From NCBI GenBank assembly GCA_017473265.1, contig JAFULQ010000022.1, positions 4,954-68,953 of the forward strand: a stretch of 64,000 nucleotides of DNA. The letters are read 5' to 3'. This DNA is from Erysipelotrichaceae bacterium (lineage in GTDB: Bacteria; Bacillota_I; Bacilli_A; Erysipelotrichales; Erysipelotrichaceae). The translations under genes were made by a program, and so were the position numbers. This document shows, piece after piece, positions 1 through 10,375 of this stretch; the stretch's first letter is position 1; the number at the start of each line of letters is the position of its first letter. Under the pieces are notes generated by a model. It ran no database searches. It saw only the letters and a list, made by a program, of their open reading frames with translations, and was not told the origin of the DNA.

Positions 1-1456
1 TATCAATTTGTGCCAAACCATTAGTAATCTCTTTTTCACCATCAATAATTTGTTGTAATCCTTGATATGATTCTTTAACGCCACCTTCTACGAAAGAATC
101 TAATAATTTCAAAATACCCTTCAAAGATGAATTCTCATAAGATACTGCAATCAATTTCAAGAAATTATTATCCGATTGCAAACCCTTAATCTTAATTGCA
201 TTCAAATCAATTTTAGCTTGTACATCCGCAATCTCAATATCAGAAGCACCTTCAAGCTTCATTTGTATTATTTGCAGTTCATATTGAGCATTCTCAGCTT
301 CACACTCTACAATTTCTTGTAAATTTTTATTTATTTGTTCATTTACTGTTAAACTACCATCCGTTTTCGAAATAATTTCTTCCACACCTACGTAAATATC
401 ATACAGTGTTTTTGCCTGTTTAACCGTTTCATCAAAACTCTTTCCACTTTGTTGTTCAACAAGCTTTTTCGCTTCTTCTAATTGTTTTTGTCCCTCTTGC
501 AGTTTAATAACATTAGCTTCAATTTCTTTCAATCCATCCTCAAGCTTCTTTTCATTATCTTTAATCTCTTTTTCACCTTTTTCCAATTGTTTTTTCGCAT
601 CTGCCAATTGTTTTTTCGCTTGATTCAATTGTTTTATTGCTTGATTACTTTGTTTTTCTAATTCTTTTTCGCCTTTTTCGATTTCTTTTAAAGCTTCTTG
701 TAAAATTTCATCTTTACGATGATTTTGTTGTTCATCGATTACTTTTTGTAATTCAACTAATTGATTATCCACATGCGTTTGATAATCATCTGTAAAAGAA
801 ACTAAAGACTTAGCACCTTCTAATGTAAGATACATACTGGTATAGTAATCTGCTAAAAAGTCTTCATTATCTACAAATATAACAGCTTCCAAAGTTAAAT
901 TATCTAAATTCGAAGGTTCCTTTGTACTAGCCATATATTGACCAGTACGCACTGTACCAACAATAGTATATTCTTCATATTTTAGAGAATCTTTTACTTC
1001 ACCTTCTTCAAGATATAAGCGAACTACTTCACCTTCTTCATAAACAACACCAAAACTACTGGAACCTAAAGTTACAGCCTCTTGATCATTTTCAGGAAGT
1101 CTTCCACTTAACAATTCAAATTGATTAACATTGGTATCCAATTCTTGCACACGAGTCACAAAAATATTTTCTTTTTGTTCACCATACACATCCACAAACT
1201 TAGTCGCAAAAACATCTTCTACAACATCTGCTTTTCTAATTGTTTCTACATCTTCCTCATCAAAACCATACGACGAATATAACTGAACATCCATAAAATT
1301 ATATTCATCAAAATAAATATCAACACTTTTCTTCATAATGGAATGGGTACTTAATACACCAACCATAAAAGCAACACCAATAAATACCATTAAGAAGATG
1401 GTAAAGAAACGACGAATCGTTTTCTTAATTAAGCGTAACGTATCCTTATGGAACAT
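1..1456 (-). CDS. ABC transporter permease, FtsX/MacB-type, with a long coiled-coil extracytoplasmic region (partial; C-terminus lies beyond the window start)
   Basis: It is absent from the ORF track because it runs off the left edge. My minus-strand translation from ATG 1456..1454 gives [34 protein letters not shown] (an N-terminal TM helix). A K/E/Q-rich stretch follows (KQLNQAKKQLADAKKQLEKGEKEIKDNEKKLEDGLKEIE). The frame stays open to position 1. A TAATG stop/start overlap links it to the upstream ATPase gene. Confidence 0.75.
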   Translation of the reverse strand, partial: MFHKDTLRLIKKTIRRFFTIFLMVFIGVAFMVGVLSTHSIMKKSVDIYFDEYNFMDVQLYSSYGFDEEDVETIRKADVVEDVFATKFVDVYGEQKENIFVTRVQELDTNVNQFELLSGRLPENDQEAVTLGSSSFGVVYEEGEVVRLYLEEGEVKDSLKYEEYTIVGTVRTGQYMASTKEPSNLDNLTLEAVIFVDNEDFLADYYTSMYLTLEGAKSLVSFTDDYQTHVDNQLVELQKVIDEQQNHRKDEILQEALKEIEKGEKELEKQSNQAIKQLNQAKKQLADAKKQLEKGEKEIKDNEKKLEDGLKEIEANVIKLQEGQKQLEEAKKLVEQQSGKSFDETVKQAKTLYDIYVGVEEIISKTDGSLTVNEQINKNLQEIVECEAENAQYELQIIQMKLEGASDIEIADVQAKIDLNAIKIKGLQSDNNFLKLIAVSYENSSLKGILKLLDSFVEGGVKESYQGLQQIIDGEKEITNGLAQID

Positions 1457-2157
1457 TAGTATTCAATATCCTCTACATTCTTTGGATGTTCGTTAATAAT
1501 GACTTCTTCAATTTTTCCACTACGTACACGAATGATTTTCTCACCCATATCCGCTAATGCCGCATTATGTGTAATCATAACCACTGTCATATTACGTTCA
1601 TTTGACATATCTTGTAAAACCTTTAATACTTGTTTACCCGTTTTATAATCTAACGCTCCTGTTGGTTCATCACACAATAATAATTTCGGATTTTTCGCAA
1701 CTGCTCTAGCAATCGCTACACGTTGTTGTTCCCCACCAGATAATTGGGATGGGAAATTATTTTTACGTTCATCCAAACCAACTAGACTCAATACTTCATC
1801 CGCACTTAATGGATTTTTACAAATTTGTCTAGCTAATTCCACATTTTCATATGCAGTTAAGTTTTGCACTAGATTATAGAATTGGAAAACAAAGCCAATA
1901 TCATGTCTACGATACTCACACAACTCTTTTTCATTGGCTTTTGACACATCACGACCATCTACTTGAATTGTTCCACTAGTTAATGTATCCATACCACCTA
2001 ACAAGTTAAGAATCGTTGTTTTACCAGCACCAGAAGCACCTAAGATAACTACAAATTCACCTTTATCAATTTGAAAATCAACACCATCTAAAGCCTTAAT
2101 TTCAACTTCACCCATTTTATATATTTTCGATACATTCTTAAATTCAATAAATGCCAT
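1456..2157 (-). CDS. ABC transporter ATP-binding protein (MacB/LolD-like)
   Basis: Walker [13 protein letters not shown] signature LSGGEQQR and Walker B LLLCDEPT are present. It is coupled to the downstream permease. Confidence 0.93.
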   Translation of the reverse strand: MAFIEFKNVSKIYKMGEVEIKALDGVDFQIDKGEFVVILGASGAGKTTILNLLGGMDTLTSGTIQVDGRDVSKANEKELCEYRRHDIGFVFQFYNLVQNLTAYENVELARQICKNPLSADEVLSLVGLDERKNNFPSQLSGGEQQRVAIARAVAKNPKLLLCDEPTGALDYKTGKQVLKVLQDMSNERNMTVVMITHNAALADMGEKIIRVRSGKIEEVIINEHPKNVEDIEY

Positions 2158-2160
2158 ACA

Positions 2161-2793
2161 TTACCCCTCCAACAATTCAAAATTATGTTCAAGCATCATA
2201 AAACAACCACTAAAGTAGATTTGAATAACTTGAACCATCTCTTCTTTATCTATATTTTTCTCTAACAAACACTCTTTTACACCACTAAACAAACTCGCCG
2301 CATAACTTCTAGCTAACAAATTACAACGCGTTTGATTTTGTTCATTCACTAAATTTTTAGACACCATAAAACTAGAAATCAATTTCGCAAACCATTCATG
2401 AATCATTTGATGAATTTTCCCATGCATCATCATAATCATCAAAGACTTTGGATAATGATACGATAAATCAACCAACACAACCGCTAATTCATCTAAAGTT
2501 GCCATAATTACATCTAAAGAAACTTCTGACCAATCAAAAGATGAATTCACAAAATCAATTCTTTGATGTGTATGTTTCTCAATAACTACATTTAATCTAT
2601 CCAATACCGGTGCGATGATATAATTCACAATCTCTTCTTTACTTTTAAAATAACGATATAAATTCCCAACCGTCATTTGCGCATTACTCGCAATTCTTCG
2701 CATACTCGAATTACTAAAACCATGCTCAAAAATATCCTGAATCGCAGAATCTACAATCATTTGTTTCACATTGTCTTTCAGTATTTGTGCCAT
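2161..2793 (-). CDS. TetR/AcrR family transcriptional regulator
   Basis: An N-terminal HTH is present (SMRRIASNAQMTVGNLYRYFKSKEEI). I moved the start to ATG 2793 (MAQILKD...), which lies 9 nt behind an AGGAG, instead of the track start at 2829. Confidence 0.8.
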   Translation of the reverse strand: MAQILKDNVKQMIVDSAIQDIFEHGFSNSSMRRIASNAQMTVGNLYRYFKSKEEIVNYIIAPVLDRLNVVIEKHTHQRIDFVNSSFDWSEVSLDVIMATLDELAVVLVDLSYHYPKSLMIMMMHGKIHQMIHEWFAKLISSFMVSKNLVNEQNQTRCNLLARSYAASLFSGVKECLLEKNIDKEEMVQVIQIYFSGCFMMLEHNFELLEG

Positions 2794-2878
2794 AAAAATA
2801 AACTCCTGTTCACTATTAAAAGTATACACCTGTTCATTATTTAAAACAACAAAAAAAAGAACCGTGTTTCCACGATTC

Positions 2879-4537
2879 TTAAGAATGATAATTTGAACGA
2901 TAATTCTTAGCCGCTTCTGTTAATAAAGGAACAATTTGTTTCTTACGAGACATTACTTCTTTCAAGAATAAATATCCATCACGATGTTCACCAATATCCG
3001 CAAACGCCGCATTTGCAATAAATAACGCTGATCCAGAACTAATTAAATAAGAACCACTACCATCTACTACAGAGAAAATCATGACACAAATACCAAAGTT
3101 ATTTGATTTTGTAAAGTTATCCAAATACTCTTGAATTTGTTCACGAATCGGTAAAATATCATCAATTGACATAATATTAATTTGACCCAATGCCACTTTA
3201 TATTTTTCAATTTCAAAGATTTTCAAATCATTATAAACAATTTCTTCAATTGTCTTTTCCTTAATTGATGCACTAGCCGCTAATACTTGTAAAGCAAATG
3301 AATCTAAATCAACATCCGCAATACGCGCCAAATACTTCGCCATTTCAATATCTTGACTTGTACATGTTGGAGAATTGAAATATAAAGTATCCGAAATAAT
3401 CGCACCTAACATTAATCCAGCCATTGATTTAGGAATCTCTACATTCTTTTCACCATATAACTTCGCAATAATTGTACAACAACAACCAACCAATTCATTT
3501 CTAAACATTACTGGACTTGTTGTTTTAATACCCCCAATACGATGATGGTCCACGATTTCAACAATTTCCGCTTGCGCAGCACCATTAATACTTTGTTCCA
3601 TTTCATTATGATCAACCAACACCAATTTACGATTCGCATGTTTGAATAAGTGGTAACGAGAAATTAATCCAACTAAACAACCCAAATGGTCTAACACCGG
3701 ATAGCTTCTAAAACGAGAACGATTAATCGCCACTTTAACATCTTCAACATAATCATTAAAACGGAAAGCCGTTAAATTTTGAGTCATAATCAAACTTACA
3801 GGAATCGCTTGTTGAACAAGTTGCGCTGTTTGATACATATCCTTTTGCGTAATAATATATGCACAACCAACCTTCTTACACGCTTCTACCACTTCTGGAT
3901 TTGGATATTCCATACCTGTCGCAATAATTACCGAAGCACCACTACTCACCGCACGCAATTGTGTTTCACGTCTAGCACTTGTAATAACAATACGATCTTT
4001 ATAATCTTTATAATCTCTTTCCATACCCAAGAAAGACGCAATAAAGATACGACCATTCATATGATGCACTTCAGGCTCATAGACTAAACGGCCCTTTAAA
4101 ATTGTCGCAAAATTAGAAATTGGTGTTTGACGAATCAAATCATCTTTTTCTTTAGTTTCATTTACAATTGTATTTGTAATATCCGAAATAGTCGCCATTC
4201 CCAATAAATGACGTTTTTCATTCACAATAACAATAACTTTCTTTTTATTTGCACGCATGATTTTAATCGCTTCATGCAACATGCCATCAGGACCAATAGT
4301 TACAGCATCATCAAACTCAATATCACGTACACGAGTACGAATATCATAAACTAATGGTGGGGCATCTTCTTGGAAATAATCCAATACAAATCTAGTTTCA
4401 TTATTCACTTCACCAATACGAATACCAATCGCATTTTCACCTAATGTTTGTTTTAAATTCGCATACGCTAAAGCACTACAAATAGAATCTGTATCTGGAT
4501 TTTTATGTCCAGTAATATAGATAGCACTGCTAACCAT
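2879..4537 (-). CDS. CBS-domain family II (DHH) inorganic pyrophosphatase-like protein
   Basis: DHH motifs are present (GHKNPDTDS, LVDHN, VDHHRIG). A CBS/DRTGG-like insert lies between the DHH and DHHA2 parts. The product is 552 aa. Confidence 0.85.
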   Translation of the reverse strand: MVSSAIYITGHKNPDTDSICSALAYANLKQTLGENAIGIRIGEVNNETRFVLDYFQEDAPPLVYDIRTRVRDIEFDDAVTIGPDGMLHEAIKIMRANKKKVIVIVNEKRHLLGMATISDITNTIVNETKEKDDLIRQTPISNFATILKGRLVYEPEVHHMNGRIFIASFLGMERDYKDYKDRIVITSARRETQLRAVSSGASVIIATGMEYPNPEVVEACKKVGCAYIITQKDMYQTAQLVQQAIPVSLIMTQNLTAFRFNDYVEDVKVAINRSRFRSYPVLDHLGCLVGLISRYHLFKHANRKLVLVDHNEMEQSINGAAQAEIVEIVDHHRIGGIKTTSPVMFRNELVGCCCTIIAKLYGEKNVEIPKSMAGLMLGAIISDTLYFNSPTCTSQDIEMAKYLARIADVDLDSFALQVLAASASIKEKTIEEIVYNDLKIFEIEKYKVALGQINIMSIDDILPIREQIQEYLDNFTKSNNFGICVMIFSVVDGSGSYLISSGSALFIANAAFADIGEHRDGYLFLKEVMSRKKQIVPLLTEAAKNYRSNYHS

Positions 4538-4721
4538 ACCTACACCTCACTTATCTATCAAAATAGGTACAAACACTGTACCAAATAAATTTGTAATATT
4601 TAAAATATACAATACTTTTATAAAAAACTCTCTTAGTTTTTTTTATTATAACACAAGATAAACATAAAACCGTTTACGAATGCACACTTTTTTTATAAAA
4701 TTAAGAAAAGGAAGTGAGACT

Positions 4722-4991
4722 ATGGACAAGCTAGAACAAGCAAGAATTACCATAAACGAAATCGATCAAGAAATTGCGAAACTATTTGAAAAACGTATGC
4801 AAGCTGTTGAACAAGTAGCTTTATACAAAAAAGAACATCAAATGGAAATCTTCGATCCAAAACGTGAAGAAGAACTATTGAACAAAAATTGTGCATATAT
4901 TCAAAATGAACAATATTTACCATACTATCGTACATTTCAACAACACATGATGGATGTCTCAAAATCCTATCAAAAAGACTTATTAAAATAA
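4722..4991 (+). CDS. chorismate mutase (AroQ / CM_2 type)
   Basis: The protein is short and helical: MDKLEQARITINEIDQEIAKLFEKRMQAVEQVALYKKEH. I placed the start at ATG 4722 behind GGAAGTGAG. Confidence 0.8.
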   Translation: MDKLEQARITINEIDQEIAKLFEKRMQAVEQVALYKKEHQMEIFDPKREEELLNKNCAYIQNEQYLPYYRTFQQHMMDVSKSYQKDLLK

Positions 4992-5005
4992 CGGAGGTAT
5001 TACCT

Positions 5006-6238
5006 ATGAAATTCGTTCATAAAAATGCCAATATGACCCCTATTGTAGATACAGTATTTAAAGTCGTATCACAAGCCAAAGAAGCCAAACTAAAATACGG
5101 AAAAGAAAATGTTGTTGATGCGACGATTGGTTCTTTAACTGATGAAGAAGGAAAATTAGTTGCACTAAATACTGTATTTACCAGTTATAACAACATTGAA
5201 TCTTCTATTAAAGCTGGTTATGCCAATAGTTTTGTTGGCAATCCTAGTTACCGTAAACAAGTAGCGAATTGGTTATTTTCAGATATTCAACTAGATTTAC
5301 CACATACTGTAATTGCGACCCCAGGTGGAACAGGCGCAATTAGTACTACATTACAATGTGTATTATCTAAAGATGATATTGTACTATTTCCAGAAATTGC
5401 TTGGGGTTCTTATAAATTAATGGCACAAGAATATGGTTATCAACAAGAAACCTATCAATTATTTAAAGATGATCATTTCCATTTAGAAGATTTCAAAAAC
5501 AAATGTGAAACTATCATCCAAAAACAAAAGAAATTAGTTGTTGTTATTAATGATCCTTGTCACAATCCAACAGGCTATTCACTAACAAATGAAGAATGGA
5601 CACAAGTTATTGAGATTCTAAATACCTGTTCTAAACAAGGACCTGTCGTATTATTGAATGACATTGCCTATATTGATTACTCTTATAACTTAGATCAAGT
5701 GCACCAATACATGGAAAACTTTAATAATATCTCAGATGATATCGCTGTAGTTATTGCCTTCAGTTGTTCAAAAACATTAACTTCCTATGGATTACGTGTT
5801 GGTGCTGCTATTATTATGGCCAAAGATCAAAAAGATGTTCGAGAAATTGAAATTATTTTTGAAAAATATGCTAGAGCTACTTGGTCTAATATTGCTAATG
5901 CAGGTATGGAAAACTTTGTTAGAGTCACTCAAGACCATTATGAAGCCTTCATGCAAGAAAAAGCAGAATATATTGAACTATTAAAACAACGTTCTGAAAT
6001 CTTTGTTAAAGAGGCTAATGCATGTGGTTTACCAATCTATCCTTATAAAGAAGGATTCTTCGTAACCATTCAAATGCCAAATAACGAAATTAGAGAACAA
6101 TATCATCAAGCATTAATCAAAGAAAATATCTTTACTGTACAAGTAAACAAAGGAATTCGTGTAGCCGTATGTAGTATTAGTGTACAAACTGTTAAAGGAT
6201 TAGCTAAACGCTTTAAAGACATTTATGACAAACTATAA
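5006..6238 (+). CDS. class I/II pyridoxal-phosphate aminotransferase (aromatic/aspartate type)
   Basis: The motifs NDPCHNPTG and the PLP-lysine region FSCSKTLTSYGLRVG are present. It lies directly downstream of chorismate mutase. Confidence 0.85.
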   Translation: MKFVHKNANMTPIVDTVFKVVSQAKEAKLKYGKENVVDATIGSLTDEEGKLVALNTVFTSYNNIESSIKAGYANSFVGNPSYRKQVANWLFSDIQLDLPHTVIATPGGTGAISTTLQCVLSKDDIVLFPEIAWGSYKLMAQEYGYQQETYQLFKDDHFHLEDFKNKCETIIQKQKKLVVVINDPCHNPTGYSLTNEEWTQVIEILNTCSKQGPVVLLNDIAYIDYSYNLDQVHQYMENFNNISDDIAVVIAFSCSKTLTSYGLRVGAAIIMAKDQKDVREIEIIFEKYARATWSNIANAGMENFVRVTQDHYEAFMQEKAEYIELLKQRSEIFVKEANACGLPIYPYKEGFFVTIQMPNNEIREQYHQALIKENIFTVQVNKGIRVAVCSISVQTVKGLAKRFKDIYDKL

Positions 6239-7055
6239 AAAACTATTTCTTATTTTATTATGTACACTTACACTATGGCTATCCTATCCCAAAACTATTC
6301 ATGCGGATATTGGTCCTAAACCATCGGTAACTATTACCTTTGAAGGAGATATCCCAAAAGAATACTATGCGACCCTTTTATCTGAATACCGTTCTACTGG
6401 ACCAGATAGCGCATATGATGGAACCAATGCACGATATACTATTGAAGATGAGGAATATGCTATTTGGCAAAAATTTGTAAACTATGAAGACACTGACGGA
6501 TTTTATTTCCTACAAGAGTTTTGGAATTGTACAGATCAAACATCATTCCGTTGGGGATACTACCCTCCACAAACCTTTAAAGTATTAGTATACATTCCAG
6601 CTACGGATACTTTTATTGTTAGTGATATCTATGAATGCTATGCTTTTGAAACATATTATTCAATAAACTTAGATACTACAAATATCGTTAAAAACTACAA
6701 CTCAACTTGGGAAATCATTTCTTTAGTTGCTAGAATTGTATTAACCATTCTAATCGAAGTAGCTATTGCATGGATACTACAAATTCGTATTAAAAAAGAT
6801 TTGAAAACCATTATCATAGTGAATATAATTACCCAAATTGGATTAAATGTAGCCCTAAATATTATTAATTTCTTCAAAGGACAATGGGCATTTACTTTCT
6901 ATTATGCTTTATTAGAAATTGCTATTCTATTTATAGAAGCAGTCATTTATAAGAAAGCATCCATAAAAAAAGCAACCATCTATGCGATGCTTGCTAATAT
7001 AATTTCCTTTGTATTTGGACTATGGTTAGCCCATATCATTCCAGGAATCTTCTAG
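6225..7055 (+). CDS. membrane protein of unknown function (signal peptide, about 150-aa extracytoplasmic domain, 4 C-terminal TM helices)
   Basis: The leader is hydrophobic (LFLILLCTLTLWLSYPKTIHA) and the C-terminal half is hydrophobic. It overlaps the aminotransferase stop by 14 nt. Confidence 0.65.
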   Translation: MTNYKKLFLILLCTLTLWLSYPKTIHADIGPKPSVTITFEGDIPKEYYATLLSEYRSTGPDSAYDGTNARYTIEDEEYAIWQKFVNYEDTDGFYFLQEFWNCTDQTSFRWGYYPPQTFKVLVYIPATDTFIVSDIYECYAFETYYSINLDTTNIVKNYNSTWEIISLVARIVLTILIEVAIAWILQIRIKKDLKTIIIVNIITQIGLNVALNIINFFKGQWAFTFYYALLEIAILFIEAVIYKKASIKKATIYAMLANIISFVFGLWLAHIIPGIF

Positions 7056-7062
7056 AAATAGC

Positions 7063-8979
7063 TTAGGCTATTTCTTTTTTTATGCGATTTAATAAACCAC
7101 CGACTTTTAATGTTTCAATTTCACGATCATTCAAATCATGAGTAACCGTAAATGTACTATTCTTAGTCTTATTTTGTACTACAATTTCTTTACCAACCGC
7201 TAAATCATGCATATGTTCAACACACAATTCATCCAATAACGAAATACTTTCATAATCTTGCATATCTTTAAATAAACAAGGTACAATACCAGAATTAATT
7301 AAGTTTTGACGATGAATACGTGCATAACTCTTCGCAATAACCATTTGAATACCTAAATACATTGGTGCTAATGCCGCATGTTCTCGAGAACTACCTTGTC
7401 CATAGTTTTCTCTAGCAATAATAAAACCACCTTGATGTTCTTTACAACGATTTGCAAATTGTTCATCAATTTGTGAGAAAGCAAATTCACTAATTTTCTC
7501 AATATTGCTACGATACGGTAAAATTTTTGCACCAGCTGGCATAATATGGTCAGTTGTAATATTATCTTCAACCTTAATCATTACTTTTTTACAAATTGTA
7601 TCTTCTAAAGCTGTATTTACTGGGAAAGGTTTAATATTAGGTCCTTGCACCACTTCTTTTTCCCAATCACAATCTGCAGATAGTAACATACTATCATCAA
7701 TTGTATAACTATCCGGCATACTTACTTCTTCATATTCACAATCTCTAGCATCCGCAATATAGCCACACAACGCACTATACGCTGCTGTTTCAGGCGATAC
7801 TAAATATACTCCTGCACTCATTGTACCACTACGACCATAGAAATTACGATTAAACGTACGTAAAGATACAGCATTTGTTTTAGGAGATTGCCCCATACCA
7901 ATACATGGTCCACAGGTTGCTTCTAATAAACGAGCACCACTGGCAATAATATCACTTAAAGCACCACAATCCGCCAACATACGCAATACTTGTTTAGAAC
8001 CAAAAGATAACACCAAAGAGACATCCGGATGTACTTTCTTGCCTTTTAAAATATTCGCAACTGTCATTAAATCAGTAAATGAAGAGTTTGTACAACTTCC
8101 AATTGCCACTTGATCAACCTTCATACCCTTTAAACTTTCAATCGTTTTAATAGCATCAGGAGAATGTGGACAAGCAGCTAATGGTTGCAACTGAGATAAA
8201 TCAATAACAATCGTTTCATCATAAACAGCACCTTCATCCGCTTTTAATTCCACAAAATCACCTGCACGATTTTGTTTTGTTAAAAATTCTAATGTTTTTT
8301 CATCAGAAGGGAAAATAGAAGATGTGGCTCCTAATTCAGCCCCCATATTCGTAATCGTACTTCGTTGAGGAACACTTAAACAAGCTAACCCTTCGCCACT
8401 ATATTCAATAACCTTACCAACGCCACCTTTGACGCTCATAATTTCTAATACTTTTAAAATAATATCTTTAGCACCTACACCATGCGGTAATGTACCCAAT
8501 AATTGCACATTCACAATCTTAGGCATGACTAAAGAAAATGGTCTACCCGCCATAGCACAAGCTACATCCAATCCTCCAGCACCAATCGCTAAAGAACCCA
8601 TTCCTCCTGCAGTAGGTGTATGAGAATCAGAACCCAATAAAGTTTTACCAGGCTTCGCAAAACGTTCTAAATGCACTTGATGGCAAATGCCATTCCCAGG
8701 TTTAGAAAAAACAACACCATAACGATTCGCAACTGTTTGTAAATACTTATGATCATCCGCATTCTCAAATCCACTTTGTAAAGTATTATGATCCACATAA
8801 CTTACAGATACTTCTGTTTTCACTTTATCAATGCCCATAGCCTCTAATTGTAAATAGGCCATAGTACCAGTCGCATCTTGTGTCAACGTTTGATCCATTT
8901 TGATTTGGATTGGTGTACCCCTTTTCATTTCACCAGAAACCAAATGCTTTTGAATAATTTTTTCTGTTAGTGTTAACAT
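7063..8979 (-). CDS. acn: aconitate hydratase
   Basis: Aconitase family motifs are present: GSDSHT, IGSCTNSS and CGPCIGMGQ (Fe-S cysteines). The product is 638 aa. Confidence 0.92.
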   Translation of the reverse strand: MLTLTEKIIQKHLVSGEMKRGTPIQIKMDQTLTQDATGTMAYLQLEAMGIDKVKTEVSVSYVDHNTLQSGFENADDHKYLQTVANRYGVVFSKPGNGICHQVHLERFAKPGKTLLGSDSHTPTAGGMGSLAIGAGGLDVACAMAGRPFSLVMPKIVNVQLLGTLPHGVGAKDIILKVLEIMSVKGGVGKVIEYSGEGLACLSVPQRSTITNMGAELGATSSIFPSDEKTLEFLTKQNRAGDFVELKADEGAVYDETIVIDLSQLQPLAACPHSPDAIKTIESLKGMKVDQVAIGSCTNSSFTDLMTVANILKGKKVHPDVSLVLSFGSKQVLRMLADCGALSDIIASGARLLEATCGPCIGMGQSPKTNAVSLRTFNRNFYGRSGTMSAGVYLVSPETAAYSALCGYIADARDCEYEEVSMPDSYTIDDSMLLSADCDWEKEVVQGPNIKPFPVNTALEDTICKKVMIKVEDNITTDHIMPAGAKILPYRSNIEKISEFAFSQIDEQFANRCKEHQGGFIIARENYGQGSSREHAALAPMYLGIQMVIAKSYARIHRQNLINSGIVPCLFKDMQDYESISLLDELCVEHMHDLAVGKEIVVQNKTKNSTFTVTHDLNDREIETLKVGGLLNRIKKEIA

Positions 8980-9097
8980 AAAATCAACCCCTTAAATATT
9001 TCAATTATTATACCTCTTTTATTCCGGTCATATCAATATACAAAATATGACATTGAGTATATACTAAACTTGTAAATAAACAAGGAGGCAAATATAT

Positions 9098-9403
9098 ATG
9101 TCAATTAAACATCCAAATATAAATGAATTTAACGAATTAATCCAAAATGAAAAGGTATTAGTCGATTTCTTTGCTACATGGTGTGGTCCATGCAAAATGT
9201 TAGGCCCAGAACTAGAAAAATTAGCGAACAATGTAGAAGATGATGTTATCATCATCAAAGTTGATGTAGACCAATATCCAGAATTAGCGAATCATTATCG
9301 CATTCAAAGTGTTCCAACACTAATTCGCTTCAATAAAGGACAAATCGTTCAACAAGTTGCAGGATACAGACCTTATCCACAATTAGTAAATATGGTTAAA
9401 TAA
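9098..9403 (+). CDS. trxA: thioredoxin
   Basis: WCGPC active site; 101 aa. Confidence 0.95.
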   Translation: MSIKHPNINEFNELIQNEKVLVDFFATWCGPCKMLGPELEKLANNVEDDVIIIKVDVDQYPELANHYRIQSVPTLIRFNKGQIVQQVAGYRPYPQLVNMVK

Positions 9404-9429
9404 AAAATGATGCTTACGCATCATTTTTT
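9402..9429. terminator. bidirectional intrinsic terminator between trxA and the YitT-family gene
   Basis: The hairpin is AAAAAATGATGC-TTAC-GCATCATTTTTT, a perfect 12-bp palindromic stem flanked by A and T runs. Confidence 0.7.
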
Positions 9430-10272
9430 CATATTTTTCCACGGTTTAAATCCTTGTCCATGCACTTCTTGTACTTTAGAAATAATCATAAATGCTTGAT
9501 CATCAATAGCATTTACTGTTTCCTGTACTTTCGCTAAATCTTTTTGAGAAACAATAGACAACAAGGTTTTTTGATCTTTTTTATAATACCCCGTTTCTAC
9601 CTTCAACATCGTAACCCCTCTAGACAATTCATGAATAAACACATCACGCATTTCTTCAGTCTTATCACTCATTACCATAACTTGGAACTGACTTGTACCC
9701 ATAATTAAGATACGATTCATAATGAATGTCACAATCAACAAGAAAATCAATCCACATAAAATTCCACTTGTTGGCGCAAATGTTGTTTGAACTAACATAA
9801 TTGTCGCATCCATTACCCACATCGATAATCCCACCGGAATCCCAAATTTCTTTTCCAAAATTAGTGGTGGAATATCCATACCACCCGTACTTGCCCCAGA
9901 TTGTATAACCAATCCTAAGGCCAAACCGCACAATATACCAGATACAATAGCCGCTACTAATGGATCACTAGTTAAGACAAAGATTTCAGATACATTAGAT
10001 GTCATTTCTAAAAATACTGGATAAATCATTGTTGATAATAATGTAGTTAAAGCAAAACGCTTTCCCAAAAACAATAAACCAACAATAAACATAATTACAT
10101 TAATGCTTGTTACTACAGCATTAAATGGTAAATTAAAATAATGATTCGCAATTAAACTTAACCCCGTTGTACCATATGCTATAAATTCAAAAGGAAGAAT
10201 AAACATATTTACCGAAAAGGCCAATATCATATTACCAACAATAATTTTTAATAAATTCTCCCATTTTTTCAT
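9421..10272 (-). CDS. YitT family membrane protein (C-terminal DUF2179)
   Basis: It has a multi-TM N-terminus and a soluble C-terminal domain (VTMLKVETGYYKKDQKTLLSIVS...). Confidence 0.8.
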   Translation of the reverse strand: MKKWENLLKIIVGNMILAFSVNMFILPFEFIAYGTTGLSLIANHYFNLPFNAVVTSINVIMFIVGLLFLGKRFALTTLLSTMIYPVFLEMTSNVSEIFVLTSDPLVAAIVSGILCGLALGLVIQSGASTGGMDIPPLILEKKFGIPVGLSMWVMDATIMLVQTTFAPTSGILCGLIFLLIVTFIMNRILIMGTSQFQVMVMSDKTEEMRDVFIHELSRGVTMLKVETGYYKKDQKTLLSIVSQKDLAKVQETVNAIDDQAFMIISKVQEVHGQGFKPWKNMKK

Positions 10273-10375
10273 AATTCATCACCTTTTTTACTTCAAACCT
10301 TTATTAGTATAGCACAAATACGTTATCATTTATCCATTTTTGTGATATCATAAAAAAATATTAGGAGGAATATTT

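Noticed and set aside
480-720. Nucleotide-level repeats (CAATTGTTTTTTCGC and similar) near the window start.
   Set aside because: They encode the repetitive K/Q/E-rich coiled coil (KKQL... motifs) of the ABC permease extracytoplasmic domain. This is a coding low-complexity region, not a non-coding repeat.
3779-4087. Long antisense ORFs inside confidently assigned genes. This one is an example; others are 12177-12521, 39850-40167, 42442-42753, 44412-44771, 56272-56613, 58614-59081 and 63431-63745.
   Set aside because: They lie entirely opposite genes with clear family motifs. They have low-complexity or odd composition and no RBS. They are typical shadow ORFs of AT-rich genomes.
4576-4592. 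The inverted repeat GGTACA-N5-TGTACC in the 5' region of the pyrophosphatase gene as a regulator binding site.
   Set aside because: It is a single short palindrome in AT-rich DNA with no second copy or associated regulator. The evidence is insufficient.
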